Below the pieces are notes generated by a model. That model made no database searches and was not told the DNA's origin. It saw only the letters and a program-made list of their open reading frames with translations. The translations under genes and the position numbers were made by a program. A DNA stretch of 60,889 nucleotides, taken from IMG/VR virus record IMGVR_UViG_3300032898_000004, positions 1-60,889 of that record. One strand, given 5' to 3'. Positions 59,288-60,889 of this stretch are shown here, in pieces; position 1 is the stretch's first letter, and each line of letters starts with the position of its first letter. The DNA comes from a virus. Taxonomy: Duplodnaviria > Caudoviricetes.

Positions 59288-60228
59288 CTGAACCGTACGT
59301 CTTGAGTCAATCCGAGTATCGCTCTTACAAGAACTGCAAAAGATCATGGTACTTGTCATATGTCCGCAAACTGGGCTTGCCGCCTGGCCGCGACTCTGTC
59401 GTTGGCGCCCGAAACCTCGGGCTCGCCGTCCACCTCGCGCTCGAGGGACACTACGGCCACGATCTCGACGCAGTTGGCGTTCTTGACGTCCACTACACGG
59501 ACCTGATCGAGAACCACCCGGAGTACGTGCACGACCTGCTGGCAGAGCGGGTCATGGCGATGACCATGGTCCGCGGGTACCTCCAGTGGGTGGCATCCGA
59601 GGGTATCGACGCCGAGTTCGAGGTGGTCGGTACCGAGTCCGACGTCTCGCACGAAATCATGACGTCCACGCGTCCCGTGGTGATCCGCGGCCGGCTGGAC
59701 CAGACCGTGCGCCGGCGGGGTGGCGACGAGTCACTGCTGCTCAACGACTTCAAGACCGTGTCCGCGTTCATCGACCCCGAGGTGCTGCAGCGTGACGAGC
59801 AGATGCGGTTCTACGCGCTGCTCCAGTGGCTGGAGGCGCAGGACTCCGGTGACCGCGTGGACGGTGCGCTGTACACGATGCTCCTGAAGTCGAAGCGGAC
59901 CGTGCGCGCCACGCCGCCGTTCTTCGCCCAGCTGCAGGTGCGGTACAACGTCAACGACTACGTGTCCATGAAGATGCGGGTCCAGCGCGTGGCGGACGAG
60001 ATCCTTCGAACGATTGAAGACCTGGACCGCGGTGCCAACCACCGGGCCGTCGCCTACCCCAACCCCGGTGACAAGTGCAAGTGGTGCATCTTCGCCCCAG
60101 TGTGCACGATGGCCGACGATGGCTCCCGCTTCGAGGACGCAATCCAAGCGAACTACGTAGAGATCAACCCGATGGGTCACTACGAGAACTCCAGGATCAA
60201 CAAGGTGAAGGAACTGCTCGGTGGCTAA
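59284..60228 (+). CDS. Cas4-like PD-(D/E)XK exonuclease
   Basis: SQS....C, GRLD...DFKT, Q...Y, C..C.....C. Confidence 0.88.
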   Translation: MTEPYVLSQSEYRSYKNCKRSWYLSYVRKLGLPPGRDSVVGARNLGLAVHLALEGHYGHDLDAVGVLDVHYTDLIENHPEYVHDLLAERVMAMTMVRGYLQWVASEGIDAEFEVVGTESDVSHEIMTSTRPVVIRGRLDQTVRRRGGDESLLLNDFKTVSAFIDPEVLQRDEQMRFYALLQWLEAQDSGDRVDGALYTMLLKSKRTVRATPPFFAQLQVRYNVNDYVSMKMRVQRVADEILRTIEDLDRGANHRAVAYPNPGDKCKWCIFAPVCTMADDGSRFEDAIQANYVEINPMGHYENSRINKVKELLGG

Positions 60229-60889
60229 TGAGCTTCACTACGGCTTGTGTCTTATCGTGTACGGTGACAGCAAGGTGGGAAAGAGCACGCTCGCTGCCAC
60301 GGCACCCAAGCCAGTCCTAATCCTCGACGCCGAGGGCGGCAGTCGATTCCTCCCAGGTCGGAAGATCAAGTGGGATCCGATCTCGGAAAAGCCGCCGAAG
60401 GCTGACGGGACCTGGGACATCTGCATCGTTTCAGTCCGTGAGTACAAGACCATTGACATGGCTTTCCAGTGGCTCAACAGTGGGGCTCACGAATTCCAGT
60501 CAGTCGTGGTCGACTCGATCTCGGAAGCACAACAGCGTTGCATCGATGCCCTAGTTGGCAAGAACCAGATGCAGACCCAGGACTGGGGAACGCTGCTGCG
60601 CAACGTCTCGGAGCTGATCCGGTCGTTCCGTGACCTGACGACGCATCCAGTCAAGCCCCTGGACGCGGTAGTCTTCATCGCGATGATGAAGCTCGGAGAT
60701 GCCGGTGAGTACCGTCCCTTCATGCAGGGGCAGATCGCCACGACCTTCCCGTACTTCGTCGATCTCTGCGCCTACCTGGGCTACGCAGCCCTGGAGGATG
60801 GTAGTATGGTCAGGCGGCTGTACACGTCCCAGATCCTGGGGCACCGAACCGTGGGCGAACGGCTGGGCGGTTGCCTCGGCCCGTACGTC
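60221..60889 (+). CDS. AAA ATPase (AAA_24 / Sak4-like), truncated by window end
   Basis: frame from GTG 60221: IVYGDSKVGKST...LDAEGG...VVVDSISE. Confidence 0.85.
   Translation, partial: MANELHYGLCLIVYGDSKVGKSTLAATAPKPVLILDAEGGSRFLPGRKIKWDPISEKPPKADGTWDICIVSVREYKTIDMAFQWLNSGAHEFQSVVVDSISEAQQRCIDALVGKNQMQTQDWGTLLRNVSELIRSFRDLTTHPVKPLDAVVFIAMMKLGDAGEYRPFMQGQIATTFPYFVDLCAYLGYAALEDGSMVRRLYTSQILGHRTVGERLGGCLGPYV

Noticed and set aside
59284-60228. CRISPR-associated cas4
   Set aside because: Stand-alone phage Cas4-like exonuclease in a recombination/replication operon.
1-60889. Integrase, att site or transposon
   Set aside because: No recombinase or transposase motifs and no host-phage junction seen; lifestyle cannot be determined from this window.

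Overview
About 61 kb of a GC-rich tailed-phage genome with a probable actinobacterial host (DUF397 gene, phage-type gene content); no host housekeeping genes and no integrase were seen. From left to right: a repeat-rich fibre-like protein, the terminase, an endolysin, a 2.3 kb minus-strand tRNA cluster (15 canonical tRNAs plus several atypical tRNA-like and structured RNAs), an ADP-ribosyltransferase / DUF6011 / ADP-ribosylglycohydrolase trio, and many small accessory genes. Next come a vWA protein, a Ro60/TROVE gene, a collagen-like protein, a helicase / putative origin / primase block, and a nucleotide-metabolism and replication operon (dNMP kinase-UDG-like fusion, thymidylate-synthase homologue, dCMP deaminase, PolA, RuvC-like, SNF2 helicase, Cas4-like nuclease, AAA ATPase). 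The strongest candidate for a new system is RNA-based. Five tandem Y-RNA-like units sit between a promoter and the Ro60 gene. They share one scaffold but carry different effector modules: two full circularly permuted tRNA mimics, one mini-mimic and two minimal loops. The tRNA cluster also contains a tRNA-framed RNA with three T-arms and a tRNA body whose anticodon arm is replaced by a ~135-nt insert. About 21 copies of a TTTACA/TGTACA-N17-TAnnnT promoter drive accessory genes, five of them with the -35 box at the apex of an inverted repeat. All calls were made by eye from motifs and manual base-pairing; no database search or folding program was run.
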